Below, piece by piece: positions 30,609 through 38,976 of a stretch of 64,000 nucleotides of DNA. Position numbers and translations under genes: made by a program. Origin of the DNA: Thermodesulfobacteriota bacterium (lineage in GTDB: Bacteria; Desulfobacterota_D; UBA1144; Nemesobacterales; N074bin48); NCBI GenBank assembly GCA_041572575.1, contig JBFFSH010000003.1, forward strand, positions 1-64,000. Direction: 5' to 3'. The first letter of the stretch is position 1. The number at the start of each line of letters is the position of its first letter. The notes below the pieces were generated by a model. The model was not told the origin of the DNA. It ran no database searches and worked only from the letters and a program-made list of their open reading frames with translations.

Positions 30609-31325
30609 ATGTCAGATTACGATGTTATTGGAAAATTTTATGATGATATCATGGGTGATCAGAAAGAATCTGCCAGACAGATACATAATCTGATTAAGAA
30701 GAGTTGCCCTAAAGCAAAAACTTTACTGGAACTTGGCTGCGGCACGGGCTCATACTTAAAATATTTGTCCAAATATTATGAAACTACCGGTATTGATAGT
30801 TCTTCTGTCATGTTATCAATTGCAAGAGAAAAGCTTCCGGATACAGAGCTTTACCAGGCAAGCATGCTCGAGGTTAAACTGGAAAGGAAGTTTGATGTGG
30901 TTATTTGTATGAATGATACATTCAACCACCTAACAAAAATAGCAGATCTAAAGAGATTATTTTCAAATTCATTTGATCATCTAATAGAAAAGGGAATATT
31001 AATCTTTGATATAAATACAGAACACAAACTAAGGTCTCTTTCAGAAACTCCACCAATTGTTCATCAATTTGATGAAAACTATTTTATTACAAATGTAACC
31101 CGTGAGAATAAAGATATATATGAATGGGATCTGAGGATTTTTGAGCACATATCTGATAATACATACAACCTGTATGAAGAACTGTTGTATGAGCGGTCCT
31201 ATTCGGTTGCCCAAATAAAGGATTATCTTGGTAAAAAATTTAAAAATATTAGAGTTTTAGATTTAAGCAGCAAAAAAACAAGCCCTGAATCTCAAAGGCT
31301 GCATTTTACATGTACTAAAAAGTAA
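30609..31325 (+). CDS. Class I SAM-dependent methyltransferase
   Basis: LELGCGTG, GID.S..ML and FDVVIC..D..NHL motifs. Confidence 0.9.
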   Translation: MSDYDVIGKFYDDIMGDQKESARQIHNLIKKSCPKAKTLLELGCGTGSYLKYLSKYYETTGIDSSSVMLSIAREKLPDTELYQASMLEVKLERKFDVVICMNDTFNHLTKIADLKRLFSNSFDHLIEKGILIFDINTEHKLRSLSETPPIVHQFDENYFITNVTRENKDIYEWDLRIFEHISDNTYNLYEELLYERSYSVAQIKDYLGKKFKNIRVLDLSSKKTSPESQRLHFTCTKK

Positions 31326-31336
31326 TTGCTCTTGAT

Positions 31337-31433
31337 AATAAAATGCGGGAGTAAACTAAATTGCTTACACCCGCATTTTCCTAATTAAAGGAGGATGGAG
31401 GATGGCATGTAATTAAGTAATTAACTTAATATT
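31337..31433 (-). ncRNA. Candidate small RNA with tandem CCUCC motifs
   Basis: Minus-strand order: promoter, 5' hairpin (AUUAAGU/ACUUAAU), GCCAUCCUCCAUCCUCCUUU, then terminator. Ends are approximate. Confidence 0.5.
31340..31379. terminator. Bidirectional intrinsic terminator hairpin
   Basis: AAAATGCGGG-A-GTAA / TTAC-A-CCCGCATTTT inverted repeat with A/T tails on both sides. Confidence 0.8.
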
Positions 31434-31438
31434 TATTA

Positions 31439-31468
31439 ATAATATAAAGCACAATACTTAATTGTCAA
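31439..31468 (-). promoter_or_regulatory. Sigma70-type promoter for the candidate sRNA
   Basis: TTGACA (31468-31463), then TATATT at a 16-nt spacer or TATTAT at an 18-nt spacer; no ORF lies between it and the terminator. Confidence 0.6.
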
Positions 31469-31578
31469 TCTTTAATTTTATTCTTACTGAAATATTATAT
31501 ATTGAGTGAGTAGACAGAATTTGGGTAATATCCGAATTAATTATTAAATATTAATAAATGGTCTGCAAGTATCCTAAA

Positions 31579-31926
31579 TCAAAGAAGTTTTTTCTTGAAT
31601 TTGTTTACAGACTCATCTACATAATTAACCCGGTCTAAAAGTTTGGTAAAAACTACCGGATAGTCTGATTCAACTGCACCCCTGTTATCCGGAACACCAT
31701 AATACCCTGGATTTCCCGGATCACCCCTATGGCCAATCCTCTCAGGATGTCTCTCTTTAGTATCAATAACCATGCCATCCTGAAGCTTTCCCACATACTC
31801 ACCGTTCATCTTGTGGACATTTTCTCCATTTAGCTGTCCTACGGCCTGACCATGCAGAGTATGAATATAACCTGAATTTATATAACCTACAGGGTTTCCC
31901 TGATCATCATAAACATATTTTGGCAT
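31579..31926 (-). CDS. Small protein with repeated beta-hairpin motifs (4-fold beta-flower-like)
   Basis: Repeats YDDQGNPVGYI / HTLHGQAVGQL / HKMNGEYVGKL followed by a Pro/Gly-rich tail. Confidence 0.65.
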   Translation of the reverse strand: MPKYVYDDQGNPVGYINSGYIHTLHGQAVGQLNGENVHKMNGEYVGKLQDGMVIDTKERHPERIGHRGDPGNPGYYGVPDNRGAVESDYPVVFTKLLDRVNYVDESVNKFKKKLL

Positions 31927-32082
31927 CTTGAAATCTCCTAAATATATTTTAGCCCATATAAATTAAAGCTGATGGATAATGCGCTGGTATATGTAAATAT
32001 TTTAACTAAAAAATCATAATTTGTGGAGTTATTAGATCTAAAGAGTTTGTATTTCTCTATTAATCATTAATATAAAACCTTA

Positions 32083-32958
32083 ATGTCATCAAACAACTGG
32101 AAGATAATTCTATTAATTTTTACAATCATTACGTGGGGCTACTCATGGATACTAATGAAGCAATCACTTCAGTATATGGAACCATTTACTTTTATAGCCC
32201 TCAGGCATGTTGTGGCTGCTATTGTACTGCTACCTCTTATGCTTTTTCATGGTTCTTTTAAGTTAAAGAATTTTAGCAATCCGCACTTTTTTTTAATTGG
32301 CCTTATTCAAACCGCTGCCATGATGGCTTTTATAATCTACGGGATGAAGTTTGTAACGGCAGGTAAAACCTCTGTGATAGTCTATACAATGCCCGTGTGG
32401 ACAAGTCTGTTGTTACATTTCTTACTAAAAGAAAAGCTGAATAATGCTAAATGGACAGGAGTTGGATTAGGGCTTATTGGTACGCTTTGCATTTTAGGCT
32501 GGGATGCGATTTCGGTTCAGAGCAGAGATATAATATATGGAGAAGCATTAATAATACTTGCTGCTGTCTGTTGGGCTGCCTCAAATATATTAAACAGAAA
32601 AAAACTAAACAATGAAAATCCCTTTATTGTAAATGGTTATCAGCTTTTTTACGGTGCCGTTATTTTAGTAATACTGGCGTATATATCAGAAGGAGCTTTT
32701 AAGGTAGACTGGAACTATCATTCTGTATTCATTGTGCTTTTTACAGGCATAGTCGCTTCAGCAATAAATTTTTCCATATGGTTTTATCTCATAAACAGCT
32801 ATGATATCAATATTACCACTTCATCATCCCTTCTTGTTCCTGTTGTAGGCATAGTTTTAGACTGGTTCATACTTGGAACAACACTGGACATAGGTGTGCT
32901 TGCCGGAGGTCTGTTGATTGTTCTGGGTCTGTATAAAATTTCAACCGCAAAAGCTTAA
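32083..32958 (+). CDS. EamA/DMT family transporter
   Basis: About 10 TM segments, WG..W...K, LKEKL and duplicated EamA halves. Confidence 0.92.
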   Translation: MSSNNWKIILLIFTIITWGYSWILMKQSLQYMEPFTFIALRHVVAAIVLLPLMLFHGSFKLKNFSNPHFFLIGLIQTAAMMAFIIYGMKFVTAGKTSVIVYTMPVWTSLLLHFLLKEKLNNAKWTGVGLGLIGTLCILGWDAISVQSRDIIYGEALIILAAVCWAASNILNRKKLNNENPFIVNGYQLFYGAVILVILAYISEGAFKVDWNYHSVFIVLFTGIVASAINFSIWFYLINSYDINITTSSSLLVPVVGIVLDWFILGTTLDIGVLAGGLLIVLGLYKISTAKA

Positions 32959-33980
32959 GACACCTTCGGCAAAACCTTATCTGCAAAAAGCTTCATTCAT
33001 CTCATGGCCTCATCGTGGCTTATTCCAGGAAACTTGAACCTGCAAATAATGTTATTAACCGGTAGGTTTTCCTTATATTCATTGATTTGATCTATACACT
33101 CTTCCGGAGTTCCTATGATAGCCTGATCCCTAGCTATACCGTATAGAACCGGATCATTCGGATCACTTAACAAGTTGCCTTCCCTGTCTACCATAGATCC
33201 CCAGGAGGCATATCCCTTTGCTGTGTATGTAACGTGTTCTTTAATATCTTCCCAAGCGTCATCACTCTTTTTATCAGATATATACATCTCTCTTACAAGT
33301 GGTTTTTCAATTTCATCAGGATTATGACCATACTCTTCCAGCATTGACGAATGCATTCCAAATAGTGCTTTTATTATTGGAATCACTCCAATTGCCGGCA
33401 CATACAGCGGCGCTCCAATTCTAGCTGCCCTTCTTATTGCAGGTTCTGTGAATGCTCCGATCCAAATAGGGATGGGCTGCTGTACTGGTTTTGGAGTTAT
33501 ATTAACATCTTTTAATCTATAATATTTACCATTGTGGCTGAACTTTCCATCTGCCCATGCCCTGGTAAAAATATCGAGGCTTTCTTCAATCCTGCCTTTT
33601 CTTTCTTTGAGCGCCCTTCCAAAGCCATCAAATTCCTCCTTCCTGTATCCAAGTCCAAGACCCAGTATTAGTCTGCCTTCTGAAATAAGATCTACTACAG
33701 CAGCATCTTCGGCAATACGTACGGGGTCGTGAAGAGGAATAAGAAGTACACCTGTTCCAATTCTTATGTTCTTAGTTCTTGCGGCAATGGCGCCTGCTGT
33801 TACCATAAGCGATGGGCAGTATCCATCAGCAAGGAAATGATGCTCAGTAAGCCATGCAGAGTCAAAACCCATTTGATCTGCCGTGCTAATTTCATCCAGC
33901 ATCTCTTTATAAAGCTCAGCGTGTTTTCTTGGTTTATGCGGTGGTGACTGAAGACTGTAATATCCTATTCCGTATTTCAT
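32955..33980 (-). CDS. LLM-class flavin-dependent (possibly F420-dependent) oxidoreductase with an in-frame TGA at 32999-32997
   Basis: GFDSAWLTEHHF, P.RIAEDAA.VDLIS.GRL.LGLG.GY and PKPVQ.P.PIW motifs. Reading past the TGA gives the typical C-terminal helix MKLFADKVLPKVS. Confidence 0.9.
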
Positions 33981-34053
33981 TATTGAATACCTCTTTTTAG
34001 TATTATTAATCCTTTATATCAAAATATTCTTATTTAATCAATAGTGAATATAC

Positions 34054-34227
34054 TGTGGATAACTTTTGGTAATTATACATAATTCTTTACACATAAATTA
34101 GCTAATAAATTAAATTTTACATATAAGATGCCGTAACCATAGAACATTATAATATTTGTGCCTGTTAATAATATGTTGGCATCAATATTTATAAATAGTT
34201 AACAACATGTTGATAGATTGTTAATTA
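34054..34227. promoter_or_regulatory. DnaA-box cluster in AT-rich intergenic DNA (candidate oriC)
   Basis: Perfect TGTGGATAA at 34054-34062. One-mismatch boxes: TTATACATA 34073, CTTTACACA 34085, TTTTACATA 34115, TGTTAATAA 34163. Two-mismatch boxes: TGTTGATAG 34208, TGTTAATTA 34219. Confidence 0.45.
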
Positions 34228-34231
34228 ATGT

Positions 34232-34723
34232 TTATTGATAGAAAGTACCGATCTTCTTTACAATCTGAGCGCTACTTATGTTTTCAAGAATATTCGAAAT
34301 TGACTTGTTTAATACGGGATGAATCAGATCTGGGCACAGTTCACATAAAGGTTCTATCACAAACCTTCTTAAATGCGCCTGCTTGTGGGGAATTACAAGT
34401 TTATCGCTCTTAAGAGTTAAATCGTTATAAAAAATAATATCAAGATCAATTGTTCGAGGGCTATAATCAGATTTACTCAGCCTTCCAAGCTTTTTTTCTG
34501 TAGTTATTAAAGAGCTCAGTAAATCCAGGGGCATCAATGGAGTTTTTATTTTTGCTGCACAGTTTATGAAATTATTTTGACCCGTAACTCCCAGGGCCTC
34601 GGTTTCATAAAAGGAAGATACATCTTCTAAATCTACATATGCAGACAGTTCGTCTAAAGCCTTTATGCAGTGTTCTATTCTGTTTTCTATATTTGAGCCT
34701 AAACTCAAGTAAACTATGTTCAT
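34232..34723 (-). CDS. folK: 2-amino-4-hydroxy-6-hydroxymethyldihydropteridine diphosphokinase
   Basis: YLSLGSN, SSFYET, PRTIDLDI, IPH and RRFV..PL motifs. Confidence 0.96.
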   Translation of the reverse strand: MNIVYLSLGSNIENRIEHCIKALDELSAYVDLEDVSSFYETEALGVTGQNNFINCAAKIKTPLMPLDLLSSLITTEKKLGRLSKSDYSPRTIDLDIIFYNDLTLKSDKLVIPHKQAHLRRFVIEPLCELCPDLIHPVLNKSISNILENISSAQIVKKIGTFYQ

Positions 34724-34776
34724 CTATATTGTATAATAATTAACATTTACAAAATTCCTAATTTAAGGAGGGGCCA

Positions 34777-35052
34777 ATGCTTCTTTCAGAAATGGATATT
34801 GAAAATAATCTGTCATCACTTGACGGCTGGGGACAGGCCGGGCTTGAGATAGAAAAGCAGTACAAATTTAAAAATTTCATTGAATCTGTTGGTTTTGTAA
34901 ATAAAGTGGCAATACTTGCAGAAAAGGCAGATCATCATCCTGATATTCTTATACAGTATTCAAAAGTTAAGATTTCACTCTCTACTCATAGTGAGGGAGG
35001 AATAACAGATAAAGATTTTAGTCTTGCAGGTGAAATAGAAGCTGTTAGTTAA
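34777..35052 (+). CDS. phhB: Pterin-4a-carbinolamine dehydratase
   Basis: AEKADHHPD and LSTHSEGG.T.KD motifs; GGAGG RBS. Confidence 0.93.
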   Translation: MLLSEMDIENNLSSLDGWGQAGLEIEKQYKFKNFIESVGFVNKVAILAEKADHHPDILIQYSKVKISLSTHSEGGITDKDFSLAGEIEAVS

Positions 35053-35081
35053 TTCTTAGCAGAAATAGAACTACTAAATAA

Positions 35082-36020
35082 TTAATGCGGCACTTTAATT
35101 TGTTCAAGTATTTCTTTTATCGCCTCTTCTTCTGTAGATACTTTTGAGGTTTCCGTTTTCATTATAACGCGGTGCGCAAGTACTGCTACCGCCATGTTTT
35201 TCACGTCATCGGGAATGCAGTAATCTCTGCCTTCAACTATTGCATTTGCCTGAGCCGCCAGCTTGAAAGCTATTGTTCCTCTTGGGCTTACTCCTAGGTC
35301 AAACAATGAATTATCACGAGTCTTGTTTACTATATCAAGAATGTATTCAAGTATGGATTCGTCTATGGTTACGTTATTTACCATTGATTGCAATTGTAAA
35401 ATATCATCTTTTGAAATTACGGGGCTTAACTGATCGCTTGAATTGTAGGGATTTGAATTTGTCATTATTTCTTTTTCACTCTCATAATCCGGATATCCAA
35501 TGCTTATTCTTATCGCGAATCTGTCCAGCTGGTTTTCCGGGAGTGGAAACGTTCCTTTATACTCAAACGGGTTTTGGGTAGCAATTACAATAAAAGGCTG
35601 TACGAGTTTATAAGTTTTTCCATCAACGGTAACCTTTGATTCACTCATTGCCTGAAGCAGAGCACTCTGTGTTTTTGGTGTTGCACGGTTTATTTCATCA
35701 GCAAGAACTATGCTTGAAAAAATCGGACCCGGGGAAAATTTAAATTCAGTTTTGTTCTGATCAAAAATAGAAACGCCAAGAATATCGGAGGGAAGCAGGT
35801 CGCTTGTAAACTGTATTCTGTTGTACGAGAGGTTTGTAGATTTGGCAAGTGACTGGGCAAGGGTTGTTTTACCAACACCCGGAACATCTTCAATAAGCAC
35901 ATGACCCCCTGATAAAAGGGCGACTATCACATCCCTTATTACCTCTTTTTTACCCTTTACTACTTTTTGAATATTTCTTTCTAACAGATTAACTTTCTGT
36001 GCTATTTCTGAACTGTCCAC
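35082..36020 (-). CDS. moxR: MoxR-family AAA+ ATPase
   Basis: GHVLIEDVPGVGKT, RIQFTSDLLPSD, DEINRATPKTQSALL and ATQNP motifs. Confidence 0.95.
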   Translation of the reverse strand: MDSSEIAQKVNLLERNIQKVVKGKKEVIRDVIVALLSGGHVLIEDVPGVGKTTLAQSLAKSTNLSYNRIQFTSDLLPSDILGVSIFDQNKTEFKFSPGPIFSSIVLADEINRATPKTQSALLQAMSESKVTVDGKTYKLVQPFIVIATQNPFEYKGTFPLPENQLDRFAIRISIGYPDYESEKEIMTNSNPYNSSDQLSPVISKDDILQLQSMVNNVTIDESILEYILDIVNKTRDNSLFDLGVSPRGTIAFKLAAQANAIVEGRDYCIPDDVKNMAVAVLAHRVIMKTETSKVSTEEEAIKEILEQIKVPH

Positions 36021-36042
36021 ATTAAATCCTTTATTTCAATTT

Positions 36043-38901
36043 TCATCCCTTACCACAACACTTCTTATATTTTTTGCCGCTGCCGCACGGACATGACTCA
36101 TTTCTTCCTACCTTTTTCTCTCTTCTTACAGGCATAGGTTTTTTCTTCTCTTCTTCTTCACCCCTGCCAATCACCATTCTTTCCTGCTCTATTCTTCTCC
36201 TGCGCTCAAGCCTTTCAATATCAACATCGCTTACGGGCTGTACCAAGAAAAGTTTGTTGCATACCTCTTCATTAAACCTTTCTAACAAGCCAGTAAAGGT
36301 TTCATATCCCTCTTTCCTATATTCCCGTAGAGGATCTTTTTGCGCATAACCCCTAAGTCCTATTCCCTCTCTCAGATGATCCATACTTAGAAGGTGATCC
36401 TTCCAAAGTGTATCCAGAGTCTGCAATATAATAAATTTTTCAATCTGTCTTAATGTTTCTTCGCCAAACTCCTCTTCCTTTTTTTCATAAAGATCTTTAA
36501 TCCTGGTTTTCAGTTGTTCAGTGATTTTGTCATTCTCAAGACCATATTCACTAAGTTCATCTGTCGTAATATCCAGATTGAATAGTCTTTTGAATGTTTC
36601 TGAAAGCTCTTCATAATCTACTTCATCCTCTTTTGCTTTTTGAGGTATATTTTCTAAAACAATCGAATCAATTGTTTCGTCTAATATTTCATAAAATATT
36701 TCCTTTATGTTTTCTCCAGAAAGTATCTCCTTTCTCTTTGTATATATAACATCCCTTTGAGTATTTAGAACATCATCATACTCAAGCAGATGTTTTCTCA
36801 TATCAAAGTTTCTTGATTCAACCTTTTTTTGCGCATTTTCTATAGACTTAGAAATTAGTGACGCTTCAATCGGCTCACCTTCTTTCCAGCCAAGTTTGTC
36901 CATCACTGATGTGATCTTTTCAGACGCAAAGATTCTCATAAGGTCATCGTCCAGTGCAACGTAAAATCTGGATGATCCCGGATCACCCTGCCTTCCGGCA
37001 CGCCCCCTGAGCTGGTTGTCTATCCTTCTTGATTCATGTCGTTCGGTGCCTATAATATGAAGTCCGCCAAGCTCTAGGACTTTTTCCTTTTCTGCGTCGC
37101 AAATGTTCTTTGCCTCGATCATCACTTGTTCATACTCATCATCTTCAAGCTCGCTCATTTCTGCATTGTATGTTTTTTTAGCTATGTCTGCTGCAAGAAA
37201 CTCCGGGTTTCCGCCGAGGATAATATCCGTACCCCTGCCTGCCATGTTGGTTGCTATCGTGATAGCCTTTAATCTGCCTGCCTGAGCAACTATATGAGCT
37301 TCTTTTTCATGCTGCTTTGCGTTTAATACATTATACTTAACCTTACTCCTTTCTAGATGCTTGCTAATCTTTTCAGAATTTTCTATTGAAGTCGTTCCAA
37401 CTAAAATTGGTCTTCCTGCATCATTTATTTCCCTTATTTCATTTACTATAGCATCGAGTTTTTCCTTTTCGGTTTTATAAATAACATCATTTTGATCATC
37501 ACGGATCATATCTTTATTTGTTGGAATAACCGATACATCGAGTTTATATATATTTTTAAACTCAAAGGCTTCAGTATCTGCGGTTCCTGTCATACCAGAG
37601 AGTTTTCTGTACATTCTGAAGTAGTTTTGAATCGTGATAGTGGCAAGGGTCTGATTTTCATTTTCTATCTGCACGCCCTCTTTTGCTTCTATTGCCTGAT
37701 GAAGTCCGTCGCTCCACCTTCTTCCGGGCATGAGTCTTCCAGTGAATTCGTCTACTATTACCACCTGTCCTTCTTTAACAATATAATCCACATCGTTTTG
37801 AAACATGTGATGAGCTCTAAGACCCTGTATTACATGGTGCAGAAGCTCCAGATTAGCCGGGTCGTAAATGTTGGTAATACCCAGAATATTTTCTACTTTG
37901 TTAGAACCTTCTTCAGTCGGGGTTACCTGTTTTGTTTTTTCGTCAATTGTGAAATCCACTTCTTTTTTAAGCTTTTTAACTACACTGTCAATTTGATAAT
38001 AACGCTCTGTGGAATCTTCAGAAGGACCGGAAATGATTAGAGGAGTTCTTGCTTCATCAATTAAAATACTGTCTACCTCATCTACAATTGCAAAGTTATG
38101 TTCTTTTTGAACATAATCCTCCAAAGAGAATTTCATGTTGTCTCTTAGGTAATCAAATCCAAATTCGTTGTTTGTACCGTAGGTTATATCTGCCCTGTAT
38201 GCGTCCTGCCTAGAGCACTCTGTAAGCTTTGTCTTAAACGATGTAAGCGCATCCAGGTTTCTGTCAGGGGGAATTTCTAAATCTGCAAATTCTGCAGGCC
38301 ATACGCTTAGATTTTCATCTATTGCCTTTTGAGCTTTTTGTTCATCTTCCCAGTCTATAAGGTATGAAATTTCATGGTTTATCACACCTACTTTAAGACC
38401 CAGAATTTTGTAAATAGGAGCCATCCACATGGCATCCCTTCTTGCAAGGTAATCGTTTACGGTAATTAAATGGGCTCCATATCCTGAAAGGCCGTTTAAG
38501 TATAGCGGAAGGGAAGCAACAAGTGTTTTACCCTCACCTGTTTTCATCTCTGATATATTTCCGTTATGAAGCGATATTCCGCCCATAAGCTGAACGTCAA
38601 AGTGCCTCATACCAAGAGTACGTTTGGATGCTTCTCTTACAAGCGCAAAGGCTTCGGGGAGTATCTCGGCAAGTGTATCTTCAAGTTTATTATAAAACTC
38701 GTCTTCATCGGTATCGAGATTACTGTTAATAGTTTCTTTTATCTTAGCCCTTAAGTCATCCGATTTTTTGGAAAGTTCAGATACCGGAAGCACTCTTATC
38801 TGCTGTTCGTATTCGGTGCAACTTTCTACAACTGACTGCATTTTCTTAAGCTGGCGCGTGTTTTGAGAGCCAACTATTTTTTTCATTATAAAAGATATCA
38901 T
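36043..38901 (-). CDS. secA: Preprotein translocase ATPase SecA
   Basis: [40 protein letters not shown] and C-terminal [13 protein letters not shown] motifs; start at 38901 with GGAGGA RBS. Confidence 0.98.
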   Translation of the reverse strand: MISFIMKKIVGSQNTRQLKKMQSVVESCTEYEQQIRVLPVSELSKKSDDLRAKIKETINSNLDTDEDEFYNKLEDTLAEILPEAFALVREASKRTLGMRHFDVQLMGGISLHNGNISEMKTGEGKTLVASLPLYLNGLSGYGAHLITVNDYLARRDAMWMAPIYKILGLKVGVINHEISYLIDWEDEQKAQKAIDENLSVWPAEFADLEIPPDRNLDALTSFKTKLTECSRQDAYRADITYGTNNEFGFDYLRDNMKFSLEDYVQKEHNFAIVDEVDSILIDEARTPLIISGPSEDSTERYYQIDSVVKKLKKEVDFTIDEKTKQVTPTEEGSNKVENILGITNIYDPANLELLHHVIQGLRAHHMFQNDVDYIVKEGQVVIVDEFTGRLMPGRRWSDGLHQAIEAKEGVQIENENQTLATITIQNYFRMYRKLSGMTGTADTEAFEFKNIYKLDVSVIPTNKDMIRDDQNDVIYKTEKEKLDAIVNEIREINDAGRPILVGTTSIENSEKISKHLERSKVKYNVLNAKQHEKEAHIVAQAGRLKAITIATNMAGRGTDIILGGNPEFLAADIAKKTYNAEMSELEDDEYEQVMIEAKNICDAEKEKVLELGGLHIIGTERHESRRIDNQLRGRAGRQGDPGSSRFYVALDDDLMRIFASEKITSVMDKLGWKEGEPIEASLISKSIENAQKKVESRNFDMRKHLLEYDDVLNTQRDVIYTKRKEILSGENIKEIFYEILDETIDSIVLENIPQKAKEDEVDYEELSETFKRLFNLDITTDELSEYGLENDKITEQLKTRIKDLYEKKEEEFGEETLRQIEKFIILQTLDTLWKDHLLSMDHLREGIGLRGYAQKDPLREYRKEGYETFTGLLERFNEEVCNKLFLVQPVSDVDIERLERRRRIEQERMVIGRGEEEEKKKPMPVRREKKVGRNESCPCGSGKKYKKCCGKG

Positions 38902-38976
38902 GTATTCACTGTCCTCCGCTTTTGCGCAGTTCAAAGTATAAGCACTTCTTTTTGCATAACAAGGGCTTTTAATATT

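Noticed and set aside
32997..32999. Genome-wide TGA reassignment (code 4 or 25)
   Set aside because: gap, murA, folD, secA and egtB end at TGA at their expected C-termini.
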